A stretch of DNA of 54,716 bases, counting the filler, from Catajapyx aquilonaris (taxonomy: Eukaryota): assembly GCA_000934665.2 (NCBI GenBank). It is 2 parts of 2 records of this genome, joined end to end, with 100 filler letters (N's around TTAATTAATTAA, not from the genome) between each part and the next. Parts side by side here need not be neighbours in the genome. Positions count along the whole stretch, not along the records: positions 1 to 27,312 come from KZ539280.1; positions 27,413 to 54,716 come from KZ539281.1. The stretch is one strand, 5' to 3'. The position numbers and the translations under genes were made by a program. The notes beneath the pieces were generated by a model. The model saw only the letters and a program-made list of their open reading frames with translations. It did not search any database and was not told where the DNA came from. Shown in pieces: positions 25,301-37,975 of the stretch (position 1 is the first letter of the stretch; each line of letters starts with the position of its first letter).

Positions 25301-26168
25301 ACAAAAGGCCCGGCCTCCCCCTCCCCTCCCCCCTCCGTACCACTCTCCCTTCCTGCCCATCCCTCCCATTCCCACTGCACCCGCCGCCACCTCTCCCTCG
25401 CTCCTTCCCGATGGATACGTGTCGACTCTCTGTTTGCCCAACAAAGAGCTCCCGGGCAATAATGCACCCAAACACCCCCTGCCTCCCCCGCACCATTCCA
25501 TCCTCTCCGCATGATGGGTCTGTGACTCCTGCCATTTTGGGGGGTCCTTCCCAGGCCTGGATGCCTGGCATAGGATTTTAGTAGAGGGTGCTGAATAAGT
25601 GTAATGAATGATTTTTATTTTTGCTAAATACGTAGTTACGCTATAGCGTAATACTCTCGTAGTTGTAAGTACCACGTTTACGTATCCTCCAGGTTCATAC
25701 CGTACAGTACGTATAGTGGTTACCCCTGTCATGTAGGCGTTCAGTAAGACAATAGAAGCTGATAGGTTATCTACCGTCCAGGATAGGTATGTGTTCCTCT
25801 TCACTGGGGGAGTCTTTATAGTATAGTACAATGGAAAAATATTTTGCAGTTACCGGTACGGATTTTTATGTGTTTCAGTTAATTGCGAGCCACTCTGAAA
25901 CCTATTCGATGCCTCCTGAGAGTTTTTACCGTATAATAACTTTGTTGGTATAGAGAGGATCGGAAAATGATATCAAACCGCTTAAAATATAGGAGTTGTG
26001 TAAGTAATGTATAAGTTAATAGAAGGCACAGCTTGTTTGAAGGAGAGCTTCATATAACTTGAAAAAGTTTATTTTTTGAGGATATTAAATTTCCGATATA
26101 TGCTGCCGGCTAGTTTATGCCTTTCATGTAGTAGCGTATCATATGCATTTTCGTAGAAGACACTAATG

Positions 26169-26412
26169 GAGTCGTTTCCAACCTGGGGGTCGCGAAGCAC
26201 TTTCCGGGGGGTCGCGCGTGGCTGCGGTAATTTTTATCAATTAAAAAATTACTATTGAAAAAGAATCGCAAAAATTTTATAGTAAATTTTATCGCGAAGA
26301 TTTTTTTTCAACACCTACTAACACTCGGGGGGGGGGGGGGGTGTCTCAGGCNTCAGGCTACTTGATTATCATAAAAGGGGGATCGCGACACGAAAAAAGA
26401 TTGGGAACCATG
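26169..26412. mobile_element. Degenerate hAT/Charlie-like MITE
   Basis: Left gagtcgtttccaacctgggggtcgcg and right gatcgcgacacgaaaaaagattgggaacca resemble CAGTGGTTCCCAACCT-type termini with GGGGTCGCG subterminal motifs. Confidence 0.6.
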
Positions 26413-27219
26413 CACTCAGTATATGAATTACAGTTTGTTTTAATATGAAATTTTTTATGGTGTACCAATAAATCGATCATCCCTCTAACAGTGCCACATA
26501 ATTATGGTTGTATGATCCTTCGAGATGAGAATAATTATCTGTCATTGCAGTAACATTTTGTTGATTTGGTTATCAATATTCAACATTACGGTACATAATG
26601 TAGCCTATTTTATACAGTACTTCACAAGCGTAACCTATACATTTTGCGGTTCTGGTGAGGGATTTCTTTTGAATCAAACTATGAAGTAAAAATGTGTAAG
26701 TCTTACTGTACGAGTATCGTATGTAATATTTAAAGTGTCAAGCATTCATTGTCAGCAGTATTGGCATTAATAGCATGCTGCAATGAATATTGTGTTGGGA
26801 GGTACCTATACTCGCACCAACTTGCGAGTATGTAAAAGCCAAAAGGGGAAGGTTCAATAATACACAGCTTGTTCCTATACATGTATATGGAGTATTAGAT
26901 GTCCTCACTTCCTGTCGGACTTATATGCACCGATGTATAGGTTCCCTATATAGGAAATTATTTTCAGGACAATATCAGCAATGAAAGTGATTTTTGAGAT
27001 TTTGACTCCACCGCGCATTCCAATTTAGTTTCGTCACACACGAGAAAAATAGGTGATACCCTGTAGGTTATTCCTCATCCAAACCGCCCTTAGAGCATGC
27101 GTCGCCTGACGCGCAGGATGACCCCTATTATTGACGCGTATGAAAAAACTTATGTTGACATGCATTTTCTCCGTAAGTTATAACTTAATAGGATAATGCC
27201 AAAATCAACATGCTGTATA

Positions 27220-27312
27220 CAGGGTGTAAATGAATTCAACCGACAAACTTCTAGGGGTGATAGAGGGGACCAAGACAAACATTTTTGACATAGGAAACCG
27301 TGTCCGGAAACG
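27220..27312 (+). mobile_element. Mariner-like transposon left end, truncated by a gap
   Basis: TA|CAGGGTGTAAATGAATTC... is a typical TA-CAGGGTG terminus, running into the N gap. Confidence 0.55.
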
Positions 27313-27412
27313 NNNNNNNNNNNNNNNNNNNNNNNNNNNNNNNNNNNNNNNNNNNNTTAATTAATTAANNNNNNNNNNNNNNNNNNNNNNNNNNNNNNNN
27401 NNNNNNNNNNNN
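27313..27412. other. Artificial scaffold spacer (44 N + TTAATTAATTAA + 44 N = 100 nt)
   Basis: Symmetric N runs around a six-frame stop linker, total exactly 100 nt. Confidence 0.95.
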
Positions 27413-27679
27413 AGGCTCCAATAACTAAGATGGCGAACCCGTGTGTTGCTTCAAGTGTGCAGCTTGTACAGTCTACTAGGGAATGGCTTCCCCCCACCCC
27501 TTCTCTATAGTTATGATGTGCCACTTGTGTCTCCTCCTCTCCGGTCGACAGGAGGGGGAAAGGAGCCGCCTAGTTCGACCGATACGAGGCGCCACACACG
27601 GTGGGGGGGGAAGATGGAGCGGATGGAAGCAAAAAAAATTCAAATCTGCAGCGCAATGCATGAGGACTGCGGCAGAACC

Positions 27680-28870
27680 CGATTCAAAACGTGTGGTTCG
27701 AACGCGATCCAGACGTGGTCGAAACGCGATCCAGACGTGGTCGAAAGGCTGTCGAGGCGTGATTCGAATGCGATCAAAACTTGGTCCAGAAGCGATCGAG
27801 ACTACGTATTCGTGCGGTTCAGTCGTGGTCGAGACGCGATCGAGACGTGGTCGAGACTCGGTTCAGTTGCAATCAAAATACTTGCTAGAGACGCGATCAA
27901 AACTTGGTGGAGACGCGATCGAGACGTGGTTCAGTCGTGGTCGAGATGCGGTTCAGACGCGATCAAAACTATTGGTGGAGATGCAATCGAGACGTGATTC
28001 AATCGTGGTCGAGACGCGGTTCAGACGCGATCAAAACTTGGTGAAGACGCGATCGACACGTGGTTCAGATGTGGTCGAGACGCGGTTCAGACGCGATCAA
28101 AACTTGGTGGAGACGCGATCGAGACGTGGTTCGGTCGTGGTCGAGACGCGGTTCAGATGCGATCAAAATACTTGGTGGAGACGCGATCGAGACGTGGTTC
28201 AGTCGTGGTTGAGACGCGATCAAAACTTGGTGGAGTCGCGATCGAGACGTACGTGGTTCAGACGTGGTCGAGGAGACTCCGGTTCAGATGTCGCGACAGG
28301 TCGCGATGCGACCAAAACAGGGTCGACACGCGATCCAGACGTGGTCGCGCGATGCCGTCGCGATGCGATCAACGTGATTCGAATGCGATCAAAACATGGT
28401 CAAGAGCTCAAGACGCGATCTAGACGTCGTGCTGGTTCAGACGTAGTCGCGATACGATCAGAACATGGTCGAGACGCGGTTCAGACGGTGGTCGATATGC
28501 AATCAAGACGTGGTCGAAACGCTGTCGAGACGTGTGATATTCGAATGCTATCAAAATAAGACGGTATGGAGACGTGTGGTTCAGATGTGGTCGAAACGTG
28601 ATTCGAATGCGATCAAAACATGGTCTCAAGACGCGATCGAGATGCGGTTCAGATGTGGTCGAGATGCGATCATCAATACCAAGTAGAGCTAATTAGCTCT
28701 TGTCAATACACATGGTCGAAACACGGTCGGGACGTAGTGGTTCGAAAGTGATCGAAGCGAGGTGCGATCAAAATGTGGCCAAAACGCGATCGAGGTGCGG
28801 TTCAGACGTGGTCGAGACGTGGCTCGGACGTGCTCGAGACGCGCGGCCAGACGCGATCTAGATGCGGTCG
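27680..28870. repeat. CpG-rich tandem array of 11-bp monomers in a ~66-bp higher-order unit
   Basis: Core unit gagacgcgatc-gagacgtggtt-cagtcgtggtc-gagacgcggtt-cagacgcgatc-aaaacttggtg, most regular at ~27880-28240 and degenerating outward. Confidence 0.92.
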
Positions 28871-29680
28871 CATATGACGTGAACCTTCCAGTAAAATCAG
28901 CCGGGATCACGGGCAGGGATCATCACTGCGTCTCGAACGCGTCTGGCTGTACTTATGATGCTTATGATTACGTTAGGTGCATGTGAGGTCGTTTACACGG
29001 CTTTGCCCGGTCAGGAACGGATAATTGCACTTGAGATTTTGTGCGGAACACTGCGCAACTTTGGGGTCATACAGTATGTAGCAATTATAAGTGGCCTGAC
29101 TTGCACTTGCGGCATGGCAGTACAGGGAGTGTTTCGCCATCTAGTGGCTGTGACACGAGTTGTTATGGACGGAGACATCTAGCGAATTTTATAGCTGTTA
29201 TTTACGAAGGGTGCCAAAAAACTTGTTTGAATCGTACTGGAAGTTAAAAATGAGCAAATAAAAACATGAAATAAGCAATGATTTAAATATTTTTCATAAT
29301 ATTGAGCGCCACAGGTTTGTTGTACCTTGTAGGTTATATATGAACCTCTTCATCCTAATTATGTACATATATAAACCAGAAAGTTTGTCCGTTCTGTATA
29401 TGTCTGAGCTACATAACTCACTTTCAGACTACTGATGAGAGTGCTGAAACAAGGCACACGGCTACTTTACATACCGCTGATTTAGGGAAAAGTATTAATA
29501 AAACTGCACTTTTTTGGGTCTCAGTACCCAAAATTTCAGTATTGATGATAATTATAAGAAGTCATACCATTACCAGTTATTGTATTGCAAATGAGTCTAC
29601 AAGAAAGTTTGGAATATACAAATTATTGTTCCCATAATGAGTCGTAATCACATGATGCAATATTATCAGATGCTGCCTAA

Positions 29681-30851
29681 TTATCGTGGGCACATGGCAT
29701 GCCTTCCTCCGTCCACAGGCACGTTGGCACCTGTAATGAAACTGGCTTCGTCCGATGCCAAGTGGGCAATGACCTGAGCCACCTCCTCTGGCTGGCCAGG
29801 TCGTCCCAAAGCATGTGTTTCCTTCGCCCGCTCCAGAAACTGTAATGGAAAAAATTCACGTTACGAACTGGACAAAATAATGTCATATATTACATAATGC
29901 AGACCTTTTTGTAGTCCTCTTCACTCAGTCCGCCTCGACGCTGCAGCTCGGTCACAACAACACCTGGACTGTACAAATATTTTTAAAGTAGCGTTGACTG
30001 TCGAGCCATGAATGCTAAACCAATGTAGTACTTACTTGACACTGTTGACACGAACTTGTTTGCCTGCCAATTCTGTAAAGAAACAATTTAAACATCAACT
30101 AGCTGTTTCTGGAACTGCAAGCTTACCTAGTGCGACACATCGAGTTAGTTGGTCCACTGCCGATTTTGACATGCAGTACGCCAGCACGCCAGGGAACTAA
30201 AATTACAGTGGACATATAACTCACATTTCAAAAATTAATATTTGGCGAGACTTACAGATCTGATCCCATTTACGCTTGATACGTTGACTATGTTTCCTTT
30301 CGACTTGATCAGATGCGGAGTTGCAAGCATCGTCAGGTTGTAAACAGCCCTGCAATTTATTACGTATTTTTACTGGCTGAAATACAGTAAAGTTCTGCCC
30401 ACTTACCTGACATTAACGTCGAACACACGGTCGTACTGCTGCAGTGATGTATTCTCAATGGTGCCTGTCTCGATGATTCCAGCATTGTTAACCAGTATGT
30501 CAAGCCGTCCAAAATGTGCAACGGTGGCCTCGACAATCCTCTTCCCGTCCTCCTCCTTAGTCAACTCCCCTTCAACCACAAATGGCTTGCTTTTGGCCCC
30601 CTTTTCTTTCGCATAAGCTTCCTCGCACCTGGAAGCAACCTGCTGGAGATTAGCCACATTGCGGCCAGTCAGAGACAGCTGGGCTCCAAGACGGGAGAAA
30701 AGGACAGCAGTCGCAGCCCCTATACCCGAGCTTGCACCTGAAACAATGTCAACTCGTAACAAATGCGCTTGTACGAGTATGTCCTCCATATTTTTATATG
30801 TCGATGTCCGTATGTACCTGTGATAAGCGCAACTTTTCCGGCTAGCTTCAT
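29681..30851 (-). CDS. Classical short-chain dehydrogenase/reductase (FabG-like), 7 exons, ~262 aa
   Basis: Exons 30851-30818, 30737-30407, 30349-30256, 30196-30127, 30072-30036, 29968-29905, 29839-29681, all GT-AG and phase-consistent. Motifs TGASSGIG, NNAG, NVSS, YCMSK, RVNSVNPG and C-terminal [18 protein letters not shown]. Confidence 0.95.
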
Positions 30852-31174
30852 CTTTCAGCGGTACAGTTCAGTGGGTACAGAGTCGACTTATTTGTCCTTC
30901 ACCCGTGCTTCACCTTCACAGGTTTATCAGAAGTGAAAGTCTGGTAGTGCAGATGATACTATGTGTCAATATTAAAATAGTATTGAGTCAATACTGACCA
31001 CATAGTGAGGTTTCCACCATCAGATTTAATTACAACTAACGGAGCAATTAGTAGCCTGCAATGACATTCTATTCGCGGGACAGTCCTTATATAATTGACA
31101 TAAAAAGTACTAAAGGTGACTGGATAGTACAAAATTTTATTTGGCTACAAATAACACATGAATTGTGGACAAAG

Positions 31175-32704
31175 TTAACGCTGTTGTTGCTGGGCGCTCT
31201 TAGCGATTTGTCCTTTGAGAACGAGGATGCTCTGCCTTTGCTCTGGCGGAAGCATCGCGATCTGCTCGTCGCTCAGCTGCAGAACTTGCATGATTAGAGC
31301 GGCTTTCTCCTGGTCGCTTGCTCCGGGTCCTGCACCTGCCACAGCCGCAGCTGTTCCTGGAGACACGCCACCGACTCCGGAGGACATGCTGCTTCGATTT
31401 ATGTGCGGAGGGATTGCGCCGCGACCGGACACCATTGGCGGCATCGAGCCGGTTCTTGGGTCGACCCGTTCAAAGTGCTGGCTCGGGGGCGGTCCAGGCG
31501 GTTGAGATGGCTGTGATGGTGGCCCACGCATATCCCTATCCCTGAAGCGGGGGTCTCGCAGATCAAAGTCGGATGGCGGCGGTCCTTGTGGTCTGTCCCA
31601 TGTTGGGGGAGGACCAGGCGGTGGTCCACGGAGATCCTGGTCCAGGTTGCCTCGTCTTGGATCCATCTGTCTGAGGTCCATGTCGTGCCCGAAGTGGTGC
31701 GGCGGAGGGTGGTGAGGAGGCGGTGGATGGTGGTGGTGTTGACTCATGAAATCACGAGACGGAGCAGACACAGGGGGCGGTGGAGCCTGGGAATGAGGAG
31801 GGGGTTCAGAACGGGCTGGGAGGAATGGGGCGGCTGTACTTGCAGGGGAAAAGGCTGGCTGGGAGGAGGTCGGCTGAGGTAGGATCTGCGGGGCAGACAC
31901 AGGAGCAGGCACGGGGGCAGGCACAGGGGCCGGGACAGGAGCAGGCGGCGGTGGCGGCGGCATGCTTGAAGTTGATGGAACGTCCTTCAGATGAAGAGGC
32001 GTCGGAGCCACATTTGCTTTGCTCAACATGGTCTGAAATTGTCATGTCAATGTTAACATTGCAACCAGTTATTAATCAAAACCTGCTTACCACAGCCGTC
32101 TGCGGATCAACAATCCTCATGACAACCTGCGCCTGCAGTAGTGCATACGCAAGCTGCGGATTCTGCAGAAGCATGGTCCGTGCTTCGCTTGGATTGTTCT
32201 GTATGCACAGCTTCATCTGCTTCATAAGCTCAAACATCTGCTCCGGCGGCAAGGAAGCCACCGCTTTGCTTATCGCTTCCGGTGCCTTCTCCGGCTCCAC
32301 CTGTTCGCCATACGGATTCTCCACAACCGGACCCTGCAGCAGACTCTGCATCTCCATCCGCGACTTCTCCGTACAAGCATTATCCACCCGAAGTGTCCTC
32401 CCGCCGATCTCATACCCGTTCAGGTTCCGCATCGCGCTCAATGCCGTCTCCTGGTCCTTATACTCGCAGAACCCATATCCTTTAGGCTTCCCAGTCTCCC
32501 GGTCATACACCAGCTTGAAGCTCAGCACCGGCCCAACCTCACAGAAGATTTCCTTCAACTTCTCCTCAGTCGCTTCATACGGAATGTTCCCAACTAGAAA
32601 ATGAAACCATGTTAAGTACACCCCCTCATACATTTCATTGGACCCTACAAATCCTTACCGAACACTGATCGCATAGACTTGTCTATCAAGTTCTGGTCCG
32701 ACAT
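31175..32704 (-). CDS. CSTF2: Cleavage stimulation factor 64 kDa subunit, 3 exons, ~468 aa
   Basis: Exons 32704-32659, 32593-32091, 32032-31175. RRM (RSVFVGNIPYEATEEKLKEIF...KPKGYGFCEY), hinge (PEQMFELMKQMKLCIQNNP...NPQLAYALLQAQVVM) and C-terminal DQEKAALIMQVLQLSDEQIAMLPPEQRQSILVLK. Confidence 0.97.
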
Positions 32705-33118
32705 TTTTCTGCTCCAAAACTACAAACTTCTTCCAAGAAAATCGAATCGAACGACGGAAGCTTCCAATATGGCGACCGGCGAAAATCGGGCCGAAAAGCG
32801 CGTCGTTGCTGCTGCCCACTGCTATTTCAACAGCTAATTTTACACGTTCTATTCATATCCGCAGCTATATTCTGATTGGCTCATGTTTTTCCGATCCGGG
32901 TTCTGATTGGCGAATGTTCAACAATTGTTGATAATGCAGGTTGTGTAAATACTATTGTTTTGAATTCATGGTTTTAAACATATTTTTTTTAAACAATTGG
33001 GCTGTTGTAAATGCATTCAAAATTTTAGTTGGAATAGACGGCTCAAAATTTGTAAAAATTATATTCGCGTAAAAATTACGTGATTTCAGGAGCAGCAGCA
33101 GCAGCAGAAGAAACAAAC
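32705..33118. promoter_or_regulatory. Bidirectional promoter CSTF2 / MPC1
   Basis: Head-to-head ATGs 414 bp apart. YY1-like AATATGGCG (~32767) and two TCTGATTGGC CCAAT boxes (~32872, ~32902). Confidence 0.7.
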
Positions 33119-33684
33119 ATGGCGGGCAGACTGATCAGAAAGGGAATGGAGGAGCTCAAAAGCAAGGAGTTTCGACAGTACCTCATGAGGTAAGCCATAT
33201 CCAAACATATCTCAGTAAATGCACCACAATTTGCTTCACAATCTGGCATAAAAATATCAGCTGAAATCTGCAGTGTGTGGGCAAAAAAAAAATTATTTCT
33301 CATATGATGTGCAAAGATTCATACTTTGTAATGTAATTTTTAATTTTCAAGTACACACTTCTGGGGTCCTGTAGCCAACTGGGGTATACCACTAGCAGCC
33401 ATAGCAGACATGAAGAAAGATCCTAAATTCATCTCAGGGAAGATGACCTTCGGTAAGATGCACAAATTGGATTTGATTATGATTGACACGTGCTTATTGA
33501 GCCTTTTGATCCGTTAGCTCTCTGCTGCTACTCCGCCATGTTCATGCGCTTCGCCTGGAAAGTCCAGCCTCGCAACCTGCTCCTATTCGCCTGCCACATC
33601 ACCAACGAGACAGCGCAGCTCACACAAGGCAGCCGCTTCATTAATTACCACTACCTAGACTCCAAACCCGCAACGACAAAGTGA
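33119..33684 (+). CDS. MPC1: Mitochondrial pyruvate carrier 1, 3 coding exons, ~112 aa
   Basis: Exons 33119-33189, 33352-33452, 33518-33684. [26 protein letters not shown]...[44 protein letters not shown] at ~33803. Confidence 0.97.
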
Positions 33685-34091
33685 CACCCAATTTAAAATA
33701 TATTCATAATTACATAGCCGCCTGTAAAAAAAAATGTCAAAATTATTGTGTAGGTCCGTAGCCATTGTTGTCGGTATATAGATTTTATTAAATTGTTATC
33801 GCAATAAATATTTATGCCCCATGCATTTAATTTAATTGTTTTTTTCCCAGCCTAATTGCATAATCCGAAGAGCACGTGTAAAAGCAATGTTTGTCAGCAT
33901 GCAACTTATCTCGTGACCTTGAACAGTATCGACTACCTGTTAGCTATTCATAATCGTTTCATCATTGACTGCCAAATGCTATTTACAATCGTCATCACCA
34001 AACCTGCTTCTCTCCGGCGAGACACAATTTCACCCCCCTGTCTGCAATCATTAGATAACAAGAAATCATCTTTTTTCCAATTAGCCAAAAA

Positions 34092-34879
34092 ATGCTGAGC
34101 ATAACGCGAGTTAATCATGTACTGGTCAGGTATGTACAAACAATTAATCAGTTAACATTGTACTAAGACAGGTAACATATTGCAGATGTGCTGTACCGGC
34201 AATATCATCCATTGCGACCAGTCGCACCAAGCACACTTTGCCCGACCTGCCGTACGACTACAACGCGCTTGAGCCCACAATAAGCGCTGAGATAATGAAG
34301 CTCCACCACTCCAAGCATCACGCTACGTACGTTGCCAACCTGAACGTGGCGGAGGAGAAGCTGGCCGAAGCGCAGGCCAAAAACTGCGCCAAGACCATCA
34401 TCTCGCTTGGGCCGGCCCTCAGGTTCAACGGAGGCGGACACATCAACCACTCCATCTTCTGGCAGAACCTGACTCCCGGAGGAGGTGGGGAGCCATCGGG
34501 GGAGCTGATGGAGGCCATCAAGAGGGACTTTGGAAGCTTCGAGGCTTTCAAGACCAAGCTGAGCGGAACGGCCGTGGGCGTACAGGGGTCAGGATGGGCC
34601 TGGCTCGGCTACTGCAAGGACAGCAAGAGGCTGCAGGTCGTCGGCTGCCCAAATCAGGACCCGCTTGAGCCCACCACTGGTACGATGCAGCGATACGCAT
34701 CTCATAACATGTACTGAGCATTTAATGTTCCAGGCCTCGTCCCGCTATTCGGCATCGACGTGTGGGAGCACGCTTACTACCTGCAGTACAAGAACGTGCG
34801 CCCAGACTACGTTAAGGCCATATACAACGTCGCCAACTGGAAGGACGTCGCCGAGCGTCTCAAGAAAGCCCAAGGATGA
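34092..34879 (+). CDS. SOD2: Mitochondrial Mn superoxide dismutase, 3 exons, ~225 aa
   Basis: Exons 34092-34129, 34186-34679, 34734-34879. Transit-like N-terminus, [51 protein letters not shown] at ~35031. Confidence 0.98.
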
Positions 34880-35090
34880 ACCCCACCGGAGTGGATTCGG
34901 AATAGAAATAATACCAGGAAAGAACGATCGCAAAAGATTTTCTTTTCATATGATGTAAATTCGCTTCACTAATTTCGGTTGAACCCTGTCGGTGTAGTTT
35001 GTTTGACGGGAAATTTTTCCAGGAGCATGCAATAAAACCCAGTCGAAAAAAAAAAATATCTGACAGGTAGAAAACCTTCCGTCGTTGCCA

Positions 35091-36864
35091 CTACCCCAAT
35101 CCTAATGAGGTTGTGGAGACGCTGTGCGACGCGGACGCTACGGACATTGCCGAGTCGTTGCACAGGGACTCCTTCATTGGCATCTTCTGAACGTCTTTCC
35201 CTAGGTTTGGATGTAGCGGCACCTGGCGGGGGGCGAACATTTTTAAGTTTGGTTTCAAAGTGGCGTTACTAACAGTCGCTCTCACCTCAAAGTTGTACTG
35301 GAAGGTGAAGTAGTTCTCATGGGGAGGCTGCATCGGAGTCAGGTCCACACGGCTAGTCTTGTCTGCGACGCCCTGCTGTTGGTCAATAGGCCTCCTCGAC
35401 CCTGCTGATTTCGGACGGTGCAGCCCGGGCAGGGACAGTATCGGGCTGAAGCGAGACGTGGCCCACGGAGGCTGAGCCACCAGGCCGCCCATGATGCACC
35501 GCAGCCAGTATATCTTCTTGCGCTTCATGCAGGTGCTTCTCTCTGCACGGCAATGCAAATTATGACATGTGGGACAGCCAAAAATAATGTAGCCGTACCT
35601 AGATTGTCCACGATGTCCACCAGCGATATGAGTTCGTCCCAATGCTGCTTCACCTCCCTGTTCAGCCTCGAGCGCATCTCTGCCGCCTGTAATGAACGAT
35701 TGCCGTCAGATAACACCGAGCCATCTGCAACACGAATACGTACCTTCCAGTCAATGCTCGTCACCATGTCGATCTCCTTGTTCATCGCCTTCACTCGCAT
35801 GTTCTCTGCCTCCTCGTCCCGCTGCTTCAGCATCGCCAGATACTCCAGCTTCCTGCATCTAGCCAGGAACACTGCGAAAGAAAATAATGGCAGGCATAAT
35901 ATTACTCCCGACAACAACGTATGGAAGCTTACTTTTGGTGTAGAGGGACGCCACCAGCTCCTTGTAGATGGCCTGAGCGCAGTGGAAGAGGAGATGGTTG
36001 AGTTCCCTGCGACCGTACTCGGCATACATGGTCCATCTGTCTTGCTCATCCCGGAGGTTCTTTAGCTCCTGATCCAGCCGTGTCAGCTGCTCCCCCGTCT
36101 CTGTTAGGATGCATGTAAATACATCACAGCTCTACAAAGAAAGACTGTGCAAATACGAACCATTAACTTTTTGCTTCATTTGATCCACTGCGAATTCCGC
36201 GGCCCTCTGTACTTCGCTTACGTGACCGTTCACGACGGCGCTCAGGTCCTTCCACTCTTGGGTCAACTCCCTCTCCTTCTTAACGCAACTTCGGACAACC
36301 GCATTCAAGTGCGTAGTCTCGTCCTTTAGCTGCCGGATATTAAAATTGGCTCGTGTACTGCGTCAGAGGGACACTTCAAAATTTGCATTATGCAATTATC
36401 CGGATGAGTATATTGGATTTATACAATTACTTGTAAAATAAGAGCAGGCCATCATCAGTTGAGGCGGCAAATAGTATGTCAAGATCATGTGAGATCATAA
36501 AGCAACCAGTGTCGTATATTACAAATGGTGCTTCAGATTCAAGATTACAAGTGCGGAATAAATGCACAAGAACTTGTATGTTAGTATGTGAAATAAGTTA
36601 GTAGAGCAACTCACCTTAGCCCGCAATTTCTGTTGGTCTTGCCGCAAACCATCGGCGTGTGCTGCATATGTGAGTAACCTATCCCTCCGCCAGTCTAATC
36701 TGTGCGGTACAAAAATTCTCTGTAGTCTTTGCGTTCGAAGTGTGTGCCGGCTATACTTACAGAAACGTCAGGATGATGACCTGATCCTTTTCTTTCTCTT
36801 GCTTCAATTTCATCTTCTTCGCCCACCCCATCTCCTTGGGTTCCTTTTTACCCTTTGGCGGCAT
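35091..36864 (-). CDS. Coiled-coil protein, CCDC83/DUF4515-like, 8 exons, ~376 aa
   Basis: Phase-consistent GT-AG exons 36864-36761, 36699-36615, 36329-36161, 36100-35933, 35871-35744, 35686-35599, 35542-35286, 35222-35091. Starts MPPKGKKEPKE. Segments EQDRWTMYAEYG and RLNREVKQHWDELISLVDIVDNLE recall CCDC83 from memory. The family call is tentative; the gene structure is solid. Confidence 0.7.
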
Positions 36865-37937
36865 TGTTTTTTTTCTTCTAAAGCTCCTAAAGATACGCGT
36901 GAAACGAAACTTCTACACAACTAACTGTCAGCTGTAAGACTAATCCAACATATGCAACAGAACAGAAAACAACGTAAATTCGTTACTACGGTTTAGCTTT
37001 CCCCGATGAAATTGTTGCTGCTGTCATTTTTTCTTCTTCTTCCTAATTATAAATAATCTAATTCATATTGTTGCGGACGTTACGGCAATTGGATACTCGC
37101 ATATTGTAATACCAACAATGCTGTAAGTAACATGCACAAGTCGACAAAAAGACTACAGAATTATAGCCAGCGGATGACGTTGACAGAAGAAATAAAAAGA
37201 GTCATGTTTCCTATTGTGTGTTTATATATATTTATACATTTTTTTTTTTTTTTGGCCCACAGATATACAGTTAAAAAAAAAAAAGAAGAGAAAACCACAC
37301 CACTCTTGCTTTGCTCTCTATAGCTCATGAGTCAATCATGTTACAAGATTCGTCAAAATAATATCAAAAACATGTTCCAGACATGTTACTCAATAAATTC
37401 CACTATTACATAATTAGCCCATATGTTGACTCGGCATCAATTTTTTTTTTTGTGTAAGTTCACTTCCGATAAGACGGCAGCTCACTCGTACCCTTGTTGC
37501 CCTACAGTCATACTCGTTACAACACCACGTAACGGTTAAGTCGTTAGCACAAAAAGGGCAATTTATACGACTCTTTACCGTACCATCACTGGAATACAAA
37601 CTGTGTCGATGTTAATTAGTGCACTTTTTAAATAAACAATTACGGTACTGGCCATGCCACGTTTTCTGCAAGTGACTGCAAGTGTATCGAGTGAATTTGG
37701 ATTGTCAATAAAGTCAACCACAATGTGATTTTTTTTCTTGCGCCATGATCTTTGATGCAAGTTGATTCGAGAGATGAGGGAATGTGACGTATTTCACAAC
37801 AATTTCATTGCAATTTTTTTTTTTTCTGGTGGTTTTTTAAACCAATGCCATTACAAACTTTGCACAAAGGAAAAAAAAAAAAAACATTCGTCTAAAATAG
37901 AAAAGTAACTTTGCTTTCTGGACAAAGCATTTCATCA

Positions 37938-37973
<36 letters not shown>
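37938..37973. repeat. (ATT)n microsatellite in the WTAP 3' UTR region
   Basis: catcatcattattattattatt... run. Confidence 0.9.

Positions 37974-37975
<2 letters not shown>

Noticed and set aside
27357..27368. TTAATTAATTAA palindrome isolated between N runs
   Set aside because: Artificial six-frame-stop scaffold linker, not biological.
27680..28870. CRISPR-like appearance of the repeat arrays (also 54210-54716)
   Set aside because: No unique spacers, no cas genes, eukaryotic context.
27443..28910. Long Arg/Ser-rich ORFs (358 aa, 184 aa and others)
   Set aside because: By-products of a 66-bp (multiple of 3) tandem repeat; no domain or splice evidence.
36060..36210. Suspected frameshifts in the coiled-coil gene (pseudogene?)
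   Set aside because: Recounting the homopolymers shows all exons are in frame with consistent phases.
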